A DNA stretch of 64,000 nucleotides from positions 7,943-71,942 of the forward strand of contig DASVPS010000281.1 in NCBI GenBank assembly GCA_036389555.1, read 5' to 3'. Position 1 is the first letter of the stretch, and every line of letters starts with the position of its first letter. The notes under the pieces were generated by a model. That model was not told the origin of the DNA. It searched no databases and saw nothing but the letters and a program-made list of their open reading frames with translations. The translations under genes were made by a program, and so were the position numbers. The DNA is from Pyrinomonadaceae bacterium (lineage in GTDB: Bacteria > Acidobacteriota > Blastocatellia > Pyrinomonadales > Pyrinomonadaceae). Shown in pieces: positions 39,244 to 47,426 of the stretch.

Positions 39244-40195
39244 CGCTTTGCTTGGATGATAACACGCGCTCTGGTTTAAGCGTGATAGTTCCGGCGCGCA
39301 TTCCCGCGAGGAAGTAGAGCGCGCTGTAAGATTCGAACCCGCCCCAACGCTTCGCGGCGAACGCGCGAATTTCGCGCTCGTTCATCGTCGTGCCCCCCTG
39401 GTAATACTTGACGACGACGCCGCGCAAGAACAGGTCTGCGGCGGGGAACACGTCGGGGCGACCGAAATGCAGCATCAAAACCCACTCCGCCGTCCAACGC
39501 CCGATGCCGCGCAAACTTGAGAGGCGCGCGATGACCGTCTCGTTGTCTTCTCGCTCAAGCGACGCCGAACTGAGTTCGCCCGCGGCGCACGCGCGCCCGA
39601 CTTCGACGATGCACGCCGCCTTCGCATTCGACAGGCCGAGCGCGCGCAACTCTTCGACGCTCGCCCGCGCCACCCGTTCGGCACGCGGAAAGGCAAAGTA
39701 AGTTTCGCCGTCCACCTCCAGACGTTCGCCGTAGCGCTCGACGACGCGACGCCTGAACGTGATCGCCACGCTCGTCGCGATCTGCTGCAAGAGGATCGAA
39801 GTGACCAGAGCCTCGAACAGCGAAGGCCAGCGGGGCAGGTGCAGCCCGTGATGTTCAACTTCGAGCCGCCGCATCACGGGGTCGCGCGCCAAACGCGCGC
39901 GCCAGAGCGCCAGGTCGTGTTCGAGGCTGAACATGCCGCGCACCACGCGCGCCGCTTCGTCCAGAATGTGCTGGGCGACGAATTGCTCCGGCGCGAGTTT
40001 GAGCCGGACTGAGACGCGAGCGCCCATGGCGTGCGGCTCGACGGAGAGCAGGAACAGCCGCTCCCCGAAATGAATCGCGCGTGCATAGCGGCCACGGGTG
40101 AAAGTGTCCACGGCCTCCACATCGGTGAAGCGCAGAAAGCGCGCGGTGGACGCAAAATCGAAGGGCGCGCGGGCGCGGAGGACGAGTTCGGACAT
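39185..40195 (-). CDS. alkA: DNA-3-methyladenine glycosylase II family (HhH-GPD)
   Basis: HhH-GPD region LSSLRGIGRWTAEWVLMLHFGRPDVFPAADL with the preceding helical bundle (LLQQIATSVAITFRRRV). Confidence 0.7.
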   Translation of the reverse strand: MSELVLRARAPFDFASTARFLRFTDVEAVDTFTRGRYARAIHFGERLFLLSVEPHAMGARVSVRLKLAPEQFVAQHILDEAARVVRGMFSLEHDLALWRARLARDPVMRRLEVEHHGLHLPRWPSLFEALVTSILLQQIATSVAITFRRRVVERYGERLEVDGETYFAFPRAERVARASVEELRALGLSNAKAACIVEVGRACAAGELSSASLEREDNETVIARLSSLRGIGRWTAEWVLMLHFGRPDVFPAADLFLRGVVVKYYQGGTTMNEREIRAFAAKRWGGFESYSALYFLAGMRAGTITLKPERVLSSKQSDAKPTHRTQRKTTDRHDET

Positions 40196-40313
40196 GCCGC
40201 GAAGTGTCGCAGAAACGGGCGCAGAGCGTCAAAGTCTGTTCGCTTGACAGCGGGCGCGGGCGTGCCTATAGTCAGTTTTTGTCTGCCGTTGATTGAAAGC
40301 GTCTGTGCGCGAT

Positions 40314-40808
40314 ATGTTTGAGCCTGAGACGGAGGAAGACGCCGACGCGCGCTGGATGCGCGTTGCCCTGGAAGCGGCGCGCGCCGCCGGACAGGAGCGC
40401 GACGAAGTGCCCATCGGCGCGTGTGTCGTCAGTTCCGCCGGGGAGCTTTTGGCCGTCGCGGGCAACCGCACGCGCACCGACTGCGACCCGACCGCGCACG
40501 CCGAAATCATCGCCCTGCGCGCGGCGGCACGACAAGTTGAAAATTACAGGCTCACGGGCGCGGTCGTCTACTCGACGATTGAGCCGTGCGCAATGTGCGC
40601 GGGCGCACTCGTGCAGGCGCGGGTGCGGCGTCTCGTCTACGGCGCGCGCGACGTACGCACGGGCGCGGTTGAATCGGTCTTCCGCATCTGCGACGCCAGT
40701 TCTTTGAATCATCGTATTGAATTAACGGCGGGCGTGCTCGACACGGAATGCCGCGAAGTGATGCAAGCATTCTTCCGCGCTCGCAGGAAAGCAGAGGTCA
40801 GAGGTTAG
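40314..40808 (+). CDS. tadA: tRNA adenosine(34) deaminase
   Basis: CDA-fold zinc motifs HAEIIALR and PCAMCAGAL. Start taken at ATG 40314 (ORF opens at TTG 40293). The last five codons and the stop lie in the hairpin arm. Confidence 0.9.
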   Translation: MFEPETEEDADARWMRVALEAARAAGQERDEVPIGACVVSSAGELLAVAGNRTRTDCDPTAHAEIIALRAAARQVENYRLTGAVVYSTIEPCAMCAGALVQARVRRLVYGARDVRTGAVESVFRICDASSLNHRIELTAGVLDTECREVMQAFFRARRKAEVRG

Positions 40809-40878
40809 AGGTCAGAGGTTAGTTAAAGACACACGAGTGATTTTTTAACTAACCTCTGACCTCCGACCTCTAACCTCT
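40793..40878. repeat. Heptamer-word hairpin, GAGGTCA/GAGGTTA family
   Basis: AGAGGTCAGAGGTTAGAGGTCAGAGGTTAGTTAAA ... TTTAACTAACCTCTGACCTCCGACCTCTAACCTCT. It overlaps the tadA 3' end and ends 10 nt before the tRNA. Confidence 0.9.
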
Positions 40879-40887
40879 CGCCTTTGC

Positions 40888-40977
40888 GGAGAGGTCGCAT
40901 AGTGGCTTAGTGCACCGGTCTCGAAAACCGGAGTGGGGGAAACTCCACCGTGGGTTCAAATCCCACCCTCTCCGCCA
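40888..40977 (+). tRNA. tRNA-Ser (anticodon CGA), CCA encoded
   Basis: The GGAGAGG acceptor stem pairs with CCTCTCC. Anticodon stem CCGGT/ACCGG with loop CTCGAAA, a long variable arm (GTGGGGGAAACTCCAC), T-arm GTGGGTTCAAATCCCAC, discriminator G and CCA. Confidence 0.9.
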
Positions 40978-40978
40978 C

Positions 40979-41030
40979 ATTTCTTCCAAGCTCAACTAGT
41001 CAGAATTTCTTCCAAGCTCAACCAATCAGA
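40979..41030. repeat. Tandem 26-bp duplication directly 3' of the tRNA
   Basis: ATTTCTTCCAAGCTCAACTAGTCAGA / ATTTCTTCCAAGCTCAACCAATCAGA, 24 of 26 positions identical. Confidence 0.85.
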
Positions 41031-41278
41031 AAATCGACGCGCTTGCCACCCTTCAAGCGCCTGGCGCCCCCTGGCGCGAACTCCGCGCGCGCGCTCCCCA
41101 AGATGAGGAGCTTTCCTCCTTCCAGTCATACGATCATCCCGGTAGTGGAATTGGGTGATGGGAAAGCTGTTGATGCCAGCAGAGCCATCACGGCGCATGA
41201 TGGAGACCGTTAGGTCGGCGGCACCATTCTATTAAGGAAGCGCGAATGGATTTTCAGGTGACGGGCAGATTCAGACAA

Positions 41279-42622
41279 TTATTGTGTCGCTTTTCCTAAC
41301 TCACTCTCGACCTCTTTGATCCAGTCGGGTATGTCCTCCTGCCGACCCTCACGTGCTTCTCTGATCAAGCGCAGATTACGCAAGGTCGTTCCCGGCGTCC
41401 ACTTCTCCCGCACCGAGGTGAGCGCGTGGCCGAGCGCATCCAGGGCGGCCTGTTCGTCCCTGCCGAGCACGGCGAGTTCGAGTTGCGTCGCATAGTCCCA
41501 GTAGTCGGGCTTGCCGGCGGCCACCCGCCGCTCGACCGCGTAGGAGACGACCGGGATGATCTTCTCGCGGCGCGGGTCGGGCGGCTCTTTGAGTTCCATC
41601 AGTGTAACGGCGTTGACGCCCGGATAGGCGTCGCGCCAGTCCGTCTCGAATCCCTTCAGGTAAGCACCGATGGCCTTGTCTAGAAAACCGCGCGCGGCGA
41701 TGCGCTCGCCTTTCTTCTGCGTCTCCTCCCAGCGGTCTTTGTAGACGCGCCCGAGGATGCCGTAGGTCTCGCTGCTCGGGCCTCTGCTCTCCAGCAAACG
41801 ATTCAATACCTGCTCAGCCTCTTCGCGCTGCCCCAGACGGTTGAGCGCGAGCGCCAACTGCTCCTGCACCATCACCGTCAACGCCAGAGGGCGCGGCATC
41901 TTCTGTACAAGTTCGACCATCTCCTGCCAGCCTTCGACCGAGCGGTACGAGAGGAAGAGGTCTATCACCACCCCCGACTCTAAATCACTCAGCGGCTCTA
42001 ACTCCGTCTCCATTGCCCGCACGGCATCGAGCCCCTGACTTCGCGCGACCGCGAGTTTTTCCTTCCTTTCGGCGGAATAGCGAACCTGCTCGCGGAACAC
42101 GTCCGTTTTTTCGTGAGAGACGTTGGGGTAGTCCTCCACCAGTTGATAGATCGGCGAGTCGGCGGCGGGTTCGTCCAGCGCCAGCCGGCGCGCCTCGGCG
42201 AGCCGCCCGGTCAACGTGCTCTTCGTCGCCGTAATGTCGGCTGGCGACCCATCCGGGTGTAGTTGGTAAGGGATCGCCCGCAGCGGTGCCACGTCGAAAG
42301 GCAGTTGGCTGCCGCCCTTCGAGAAGAGAAGGACGGTGCTCCACGGCCTTACAGCGTGGCGCAGCCCGAGTTCGTAAAAGACGTTTGCGTTGGCCGTGGT
42401 GAGGTCGGCGACGGCGTACTCGCAGAGGATGAGGCGCTCGAACATGGGCTTGTGGATGACGCCGCCGGTCATCTCCTCGTCAGCCCGAAGCGGCTCCATC
42501 CCGGCGTCGGCAATGGCCGGCGCGAGCAGGTTGTTGTAGACGGCATCGAAATCGACAATTGAGCCAGCGGCATCAGGCTTCCTGCCGAAGGGCATAAGGA
42601 CGAAGCAAAGTGGTTTAGTCAT
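41279..42622 (-). CDS. DUF4071 (MAP3K TRAFs-binding-domain-like)/TPR protein with N-terminal TIR-like / nucleoside 2-deoxyribosyltransferase-like domain
   Basis: The N-terminus CFVLMPFGRKPD...VDFDAVYNNLLAPAI...ADLTTANANVFYELGLRHA is the Rossmannoid module seen at the front of bacterial DUF4071 proteins. A helical-repeat body follows (LALALNRLGQREEAEQVLNRLL, YGILGRVYKDRW, DAYPGVNAVTL). Confidence 0.6.
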   Translation of the reverse strand: MTKPLCFVLMPFGRKPDAAGSIVDFDAVYNNLLAPAIADAGMEPLRADEEMTGGVIHKPMFERLILCEYAVADLTTANANVFYELGLRHAVRPWSTVLLFSKGGSQLPFDVAPLRAIPYQLHPDGSPADITATKSTLTGRLAEARRLALDEPAADSPIYQLVEDYPNVSHEKTDVFREQVRYSAERKEKLAVARSQGLDAVRAMETELEPLSDLESGVVIDLFLSYRSVEGWQEMVELVQKMPRPLALTVMVQEQLALALNRLGQREEAEQVLNRLLESRGPSSETYGILGRVYKDRWEETQKKGERIAARGFLDKAIGAYLKGFETDWRDAYPGVNAVTLMELKEPPDPRREKIIPVVSYAVERRVAAGKPDYWDYATQLELAVLGRDEQAALDALGHALTSVREKWTPGTTLRNLRLIREAREGRQEDIPDWIKEVESELGKATQ

Positions 42623-42687
42623 AAAGTCCTTTCTCGTGTCCTGAATCGCTGAGACTTTATTGTATCGTTCCAGCCATCGAACAGGAG

Positions 42688-42960
42688 ATGAGCTACAACG
42701 AAATTTGTTTTGTGATTATACCATTCGGTAATAAACCCGTCTGAGATCGAGCAGTTGATTTCGACAACATCTACGACACTGTTCTCGCTCCGGCAATTGC
42801 TGCGACGCCTCTAACGGAAGGCGGGCTGCGCCTCTCGGCTGTCATCGCATATCTCTGTGAACGTCCGCTGCGGGAAATAATTGACACCCACTTCCGACAG
42901 GGATTATCTTGCCTGAGTCTCACTCCTCGCTGGTTCCCTGACGAACGTCTTTCTCGTTAG
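42688..42960 (+). pseudogene. Truncated, stop-interrupted paralogue of the N-terminal domain of the 41279-42622 protein
   Basis: AGGAG-ATG, then MSYNEICFVIIPFGNKPV, in-frame TGA (42742-42744), then DRAVDFDNIYDTVLAPAIA... Compare CFVLMPFGRKPD / VDFDAVYNNLLAPAIA in the intact gene. Similarity is lost after ~50 codons, and a stop follows at 42958. Confidence 0.6.
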
Positions 42961-43105
42961 GATCACTTCACTTAAACGTGTTTCTCAAAGGAGCTTCCAC
43001 CATGCTTCGCACACCCTTCGTCAATCCCCAGGTTAAATCTCTCTTCCTTATTTCAGCATCTATCGCGGGTTAGCTGGGCGAGAACAAAGACGCGGGATTC
43101 GCACA

Positions 43106-43168
43106 GTGAGAACCATTGGCGTAGTCGGGGGCATCGAGCCTGAGACGACGGTTGACTACTATCGATTT
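43106..43168 (+). pseudogene. N-terminal fragment of an aspartate/glutamate racemase family gene
   Basis: VRTIGVVGGIEPETTVDYYR matches the conserved N-terminus (IGIIGGMGPEATxDYYR) of Asp/Glu racemases. The frame then degenerates and stops at 43258. Confidence 0.45.
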
Positions 43169-43287
43169 CCTGCTGGGCGTTGGTCTGCATCCGCTACCAA
43201 CGAATCTAAATTGCGAATGGGTCAAGTTTTTGATGCGCCGGACGTAGGCCGCCGGTAGCCGAGAGTCGGTCGGGAAAAGCGATCTAT

Positions 43288-46200
43288 ATGCACTTCTTTA
43301 TTGAACACACGCAATTGACGAGTCAGGCGAGCAGCGGCGATGGCTTCGGCCCTTCGTCCGCAGACTCGACCAACAAGTATGACGTGTCCGCCAATTTCCA
43401 GTTGGCGTCAGACGCCAAGGCTTTTGCTTGCCAGCCGGGGCATATCATCGTCACGGACTTTTTTGATGTGGCAACGGGTACTTTGGATCCGAACCTGGTG
43501 AACGTGATCCTGAAGCCGACGGCCGGGCTTGGGGTGGCCTTCCCCACGGTGAAATTTTACATCTACCGCGGCATCAAGCGTGACAGTTTCTTTACTGCCG
43601 GCAACTTCAACGCGGAAGACCCCAGCACGAACACTGATACGGTGCGCAAGATGTGGGAGGATTGGCATGCAAATGCCGCGAGCAGCCCGCCCCCGATTGC
43701 GCCGAGCGATCTGGGGTACGATGACACGCTCCCCGACACGGAACCCATCGAGAAGATTTTCAGCAACTCCCTCGTCACCATCTTTGGGACTCCGATCCGT
43801 GCGCGGCAGGTAGAAGAGGGCGAATGGATCGGCACTTTCGGCTTCAGCAAGAAAATCTGCTTTGAAGTGATTGTGGAAGCCGAGTTGCTCAACCTGAATC
43901 TGGAGTACGCTAAGAAATCCAATGCCCAGATCGACATCACCGCCATGACGGCAATTACCAGTCCCACGCCCGCGCAGCTCCACACCTTACGCTGCGAAAA
44001 GGAGAAAATCCTGGCCTATGTCGATCCGGCCGCCTTGTTCGGGATGCACTTCTCTGTCGGGGTTAAGGGATTTGGCCTGGCCGCAGCAGCCAAGCGTGAC
44101 ACCCTGGTGACGACGTTCCTCACCAATTTCAGCACCGCCACGCGCGTCTATATCGACATACGGAGCGATAAGGGATACTCCTACAATTTCTACGATAACT
44201 ATGGCGGGGGAGGAGCGAGCCCGAACCTGATTCAGATCAAGCCCGGATCAGCCCCAGCCTTCGTGGATCATGTTTACCTCAACCAGGGATGGCCGCTCTT
44301 TTCGCAAGCCGGTGTGACAGGGCCGGCTTCCAAGATCAACTTTGGTCTTCGCCTGCGCATAGACGACAACACCAAGCCGCTGTTGTTTGTAGAGAACAAA
44401 AGCTACCTGCCCAGCGGCAGCAAGAATTTCCTGGATCAGACGAAGCTCCTGAACGGCGCGGCGGTGGACTTGAGCAAGGCCTTTAACCTGAGATTGGATG
44501 GGAGCGGCGCGGCCGGTGCCAAGGTCTGCGTGTCCACCCACGTGCGGTTACAGTACCTAAAGCAAAATACAGGCGCTGTAGTGAACCCTCGCCTGCTGCA
44601 ATTCAACCACCACCTCGACACGGTGTTCGGGGGCATCGACCTGCCCATCGTCGGCTCCGTGGTCACATTCCAAGAGCTGCGCAATGAAAAGGTGGGCTTG
44701 GCCGAAGGCGCGGAGTTTGCCCATGTGCCGGATACAGGCATGTACTTCGACCCGGATGTGGTGCTGTTGTACAGCTCCTCCCGGGTTGCCCATCGTACCA
44801 ACCCCGATTCGTATCCGACCGCCGACTACGTCATCTCAACGCTCGACAACGTGGTGCGCAGCCCTGTCTTTCCGAGCGACATCGTGTTTAGCCGATGGTC
44901 TATCGTTGAGGGCGGCACCACGATCCACCTGATCGACCTCAGCTTGTATAAGAAGGGGGTAAAGAACACCTCGATTGACGGCATCTTCTTTCTGGGTCTG
45001 AAGCGCGACGAGTTGACCCGGCTACAGGCCACTACAGGGTTCGGCCCCGTCCATCAGCGGTTCCTGGTCTTCGAGGAGGCGGCCGACCAACTGGACGACA
45101 ACGGCATTCCTTATAAGAAATTTGAGGTGAAGGTGCAGGGACTGGATACGGCCGGCCAGCGCATTTTGGTGGCGCCCAACCCGGCGGTGCATGTGTTTGG
45201 GGCAGGCGCGAACATGTTCTGCTCAAGCGACTTTACCAGCTTCGTGAACTTGCCGGATGTGCCTCCCGATCCTGGGATGATGAAGCAGTGGAAGCTTGTG
45301 TTTGCCGGGACGTACCAGCGAGGAGATGCCTCGGTGGATGCAGTGGAACCTACGGGTAGAATCACGGTCAGTGACATCGGGAACGACTTTGGCTCAAGCA
45401 GTCCAAGAATAAGGTTGCGGGGTCGTTTATTCTTTCCAATCGATGCGGCTGGCGATACAACCCCCAGCACCAGAAGAACCAGTTATCCCCTGGTGGTGGT
45501 TGTGCATGCGAATGGAAGCCTCTTCACGGAATATGATTCGTTGGGGAAACACCTCGCACAAAATGGCTTCATAGTGTCGGTGATCGACCTGTTGATTTCC
45601 AGGTCCAGGGCTAAGCTGATTCCCGTCGGGGGCATACCTGTCGCCACGCATTTCGTGGAGGGTTCGGCGCCAATACTTGTGGTCAACCTGCCTACGAGCG
45701 AAGTTTTTCGGTTTGATACTTCGACAGGCACCACTACTCTGCTGCCATTGACTGCGGGCGTGGACTTCGACATCGACCCTACCCCGCCACTGTCAATCGA
45801 ATTCACCACAGGACCGCGAAACTTTCATCACCTCGCATCACGTGGCCGTGCAAATGTCATCTTCAAGCATCTCGAAGTGCTCGCGCACAGGTTCGGGGCG
45901 CAAGTAGAGGACAACATCGGCTTGATCGGGCATAGCCGGGGAGGGGAGGCCGTGGTGCGTGCTCCGGCTGTGATTGGGGTATCAAGCCCACCTGCCAGTT
46001 TGAATAATATCAACGCGATCATTTCCCTGGCGCCGACCGACCGTTATGAGAAAGAAAATCTAACTGAGGACATCCCCTATTTTGTTATGTACGGGTCGCG
46101 CGACGGGGATGTGTCTGGCGCTCGGGAAAACCGAAGAAAGCATCTGACGCCGGCACAGCCCACCGTACATTCAGGGAGCGGGGCTTTTTCGCTCTATGAC

Positions 46201-47031
46201 CGTGCCAACAACGACACCGTCAAGTCCATGGCCTTCGTTTATGGTGCCAGTCACAATGGGTTTATTACCACCGCCCGTGGGAGGGAACGCGACGTTAGTA
46301 ACCTCAGCGAAAGAATCCAAAAGGCGGCGGTACGTTCCTACATGAATGCCTTCATGCGGCAACACCTGCTCGGAGAGGCGATTTGGAGAAGCTATTTCAC
46401 CGGAGAGTTTATCCCGGGCTCGGTGGGCACGAACAAGATTTTCCCGCAATACAAGGAGATGGCGGCTGCCAACTTCCGAACCATGGACGACTTCGAGGAC
46501 ACAGCCGTAGATGACCCGGCCATCAGCTCGTCGGGTGAAGCGGTGACCCACAGTCGAGGCGGCACGGGACTGGAAGAGGGTTTCCTGAATCCGTTCGCGC
46601 CCACCATCGATGTAGATTCCCCGCATGAAACCTTTGGCTTGAAAGTCAGTGGCTGGGTGGCAAGCGACACCCTTGCCTTCACGGTCACCACCAACGCTGC
46701 CGGCCAAAATGTGGACGCATTCAGTCACCTGAGCTTTCGTATCACGCAGGTCGCGCGCAAAACCAATTCCAGCATCGACAGTTTGAGCGTGGTGGTCGAG
46801 GACACGCTATCGCAGCGATTTGCCGCACCTTTGGGCAGAACCGTTCCTGCTCCAGATCGCAGACCTGATTTGTCCAACTTGACCAAGTCTGCTCTCATGA
46901 CAGTCCGCATCCCCCTTGCCACTTACAGAGATAATGGGGTGGATCTGACCAAGGTGAGATTGGTGCAGTTTGAATTTCCGACAGCGGGAGCCGGCAACAT
47001 AGAGATCGATGACGTCGAATTCACCCAGTGA
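43288..47031 (+). CDS. Giant protein A (1247 aa): unknown ~700-aa N-region, alpha/beta-hydrolase (chlorophyllase/PAF-AH/cutinase-like) domain, C-terminal beta-sandwich-like tail
   Basis: Uninterrupted ORF with no signal peptide. Hydrolase signatures are YPLVVVVHANG, IGLIGHSRGGEAV (Ser ~883), YGSRDGDV (Asp ~939/941) and GASHNGF (His ~989). The terminal ...VRLVQFEFPTAGAGNIEIDDVEFTQ resembles ends of carbohydrate-binding / galactose-binding-like modules. Confidence 0.8.
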   Translation: MHFFIEHTQLTSQASSGDGFGPSSADSTNKYDVSANFQLASDAKAFACQPGHIIVTDFFDVATGTLDPNLVNVILKPTAGLGVAFPTVKFYIYRGIKRDSFFTAGNFNAEDPSTNTDTVRKMWEDWHANAASSPPPIAPSDLGYDDTLPDTEPIEKIFSNSLVTIFGTPIRARQVEEGEWIGTFGFSKKICFEVIVEAELLNLNLEYAKKSNAQIDITAMTAITSPTPAQLHTLRCEKEKILAYVDPAALFGMHFSVGVKGFGLAAAAKRDTLVTTFLTNFSTATRVYIDIRSDKGYSYNFYDNYGGGGASPNLIQIKPGSAPAFVDHVYLNQGWPLFSQAGVTGPASKINFGLRLRIDDNTKPLLFVENKSYLPSGSKNFLDQTKLLNGAAVDLSKAFNLRLDGSGAAGAKVCVSTHVRLQYLKQNTGAVVNPRLLQFNHHLDTVFGGIDLPIVGSVVTFQELRNEKVGLAEGAEFAHVPDTGMYFDPDVVLLYSSSRVAHRTNPDSYPTADYVISTLDNVVRSPVFPSDIVFSRWSIVEGGTTIHLIDLSLYKKGVKNTSIDGIFFLGLKRDELTRLQATTGFGPVHQRFLVFEEAADQLDDNGIPYKKFEVKVQGLDTAGQRILVAPNPAVHVFGAGANMFCSSDFTSFVNLPDVPPDPGMMKQWKLVFAGTYQRGDASVDAVEPTGRITVSDIGNDFGSSSPRIRLRGRLFFPIDAAGDTTPSTRRTSYPLVVVVHANGSLFTEYDSLGKHLAQNGFIVSVIDLLISRSRAKLIPVGGIPVATHFVEGSAPILVVNLPTSEVFRFDTSTGTTTLLPLTAGVDFDIDPTPPLSIEFTTGPRNFHHLASRGRANVIFKHLEVLAHRFGAQVEDNIGLIGHSRGGEAVVRAPAVIGVSSPPASLNNINAIISLAPTDRYEKENLTEDIPYFVMYGSRDGDVSGARENRRKHLTPAQPTVHSGSGAFSLYDRANNDTVKSMAFVYGASHNGFITTARGRERDVSNLSERIQKAAVRSYMNAFMRQHLLGEAIWRSYFTGEFIPGSVGTNKIFPQYKEMAAANFRTMDDFEDTAVDDPAISSSGEAVTHSRGGTGLEEGFLNPFAPTIDVDSPHETFGLKVSGWVASDTLAFTVTTNAAGQNVDAFSHLSFRITQVARKTNSSIDSLSVVVEDTLSQRFAAPLGRTVPAPDRRPDLSNLTKSALMTVRIPLATYRDNGVDLTKVRLVQFEFPTAGAGNIEIDDVEFTQ

Positions 47032-47042
47032 GGTCAACGACG

Positions 47043-47426
47043 ATGAGTACCTACAGCCTTCGCGCCGCCGAAGTCGTCTCGCAATACGACGAAACGAACT
47101 TGAACATGATCGACATCACCATCACGTTCGAAGATGGCAAGTTCATGGTCGGTGCGCTGTCATATCAAGTGACGGCAAGTGACGGTTCCAACACTGCGGA
47201 AAGCTTTATGGCATCCGTTTCCCCGAATGGAAAGGAACTCCATGCCTTTTTCACAACCGATGCGTTTGACGGGATGTCCGGCCTTGTCACCTTCGAGTTC
47301 TCTTACGGCGAACCCATCGGCACCATTGAGAATGTAGACGTTCCGGCCATTCTCACGCCCTTGCCGACATTCCTCGCCGCCCTCAATTTCCCCGACGCCG
47401 ACAATGCCTGGTTGGCCGCCTTATGA
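47043..47426 (+). CDS. Small strongly acidic protein (~127 aa) between giant proteins A and B
   Basis: ATG 47043 lies 9 nt after GAGG. The alternative GTG 47028 overlaps the stop of protein A (GTGA). The sequence is beta-rich with very few K/R, and no family is recognised. Confidence 0.65.
   Translation: MSTYSLRAAEVVSQYDETNLNMIDITITFEDGKFMVGALSYQVTASDGSNTAESFMASVSPNGKELHAFFTTDAFDGMSGLVTFEFSYGEPIGTIENVDVPAILTPLPTFLAALNFPDADNAWLAAL

Noticed and set aside
40950-41213. 87-aa ORF starting inside the tRNA-Ser gene, and the opposite-strand 68-aa ORF at 40992-41198
   Set aside because: The first overlaps a structural RNA and both have no motifs. I also looked here for an integrase remnant and found nothing recognisable.
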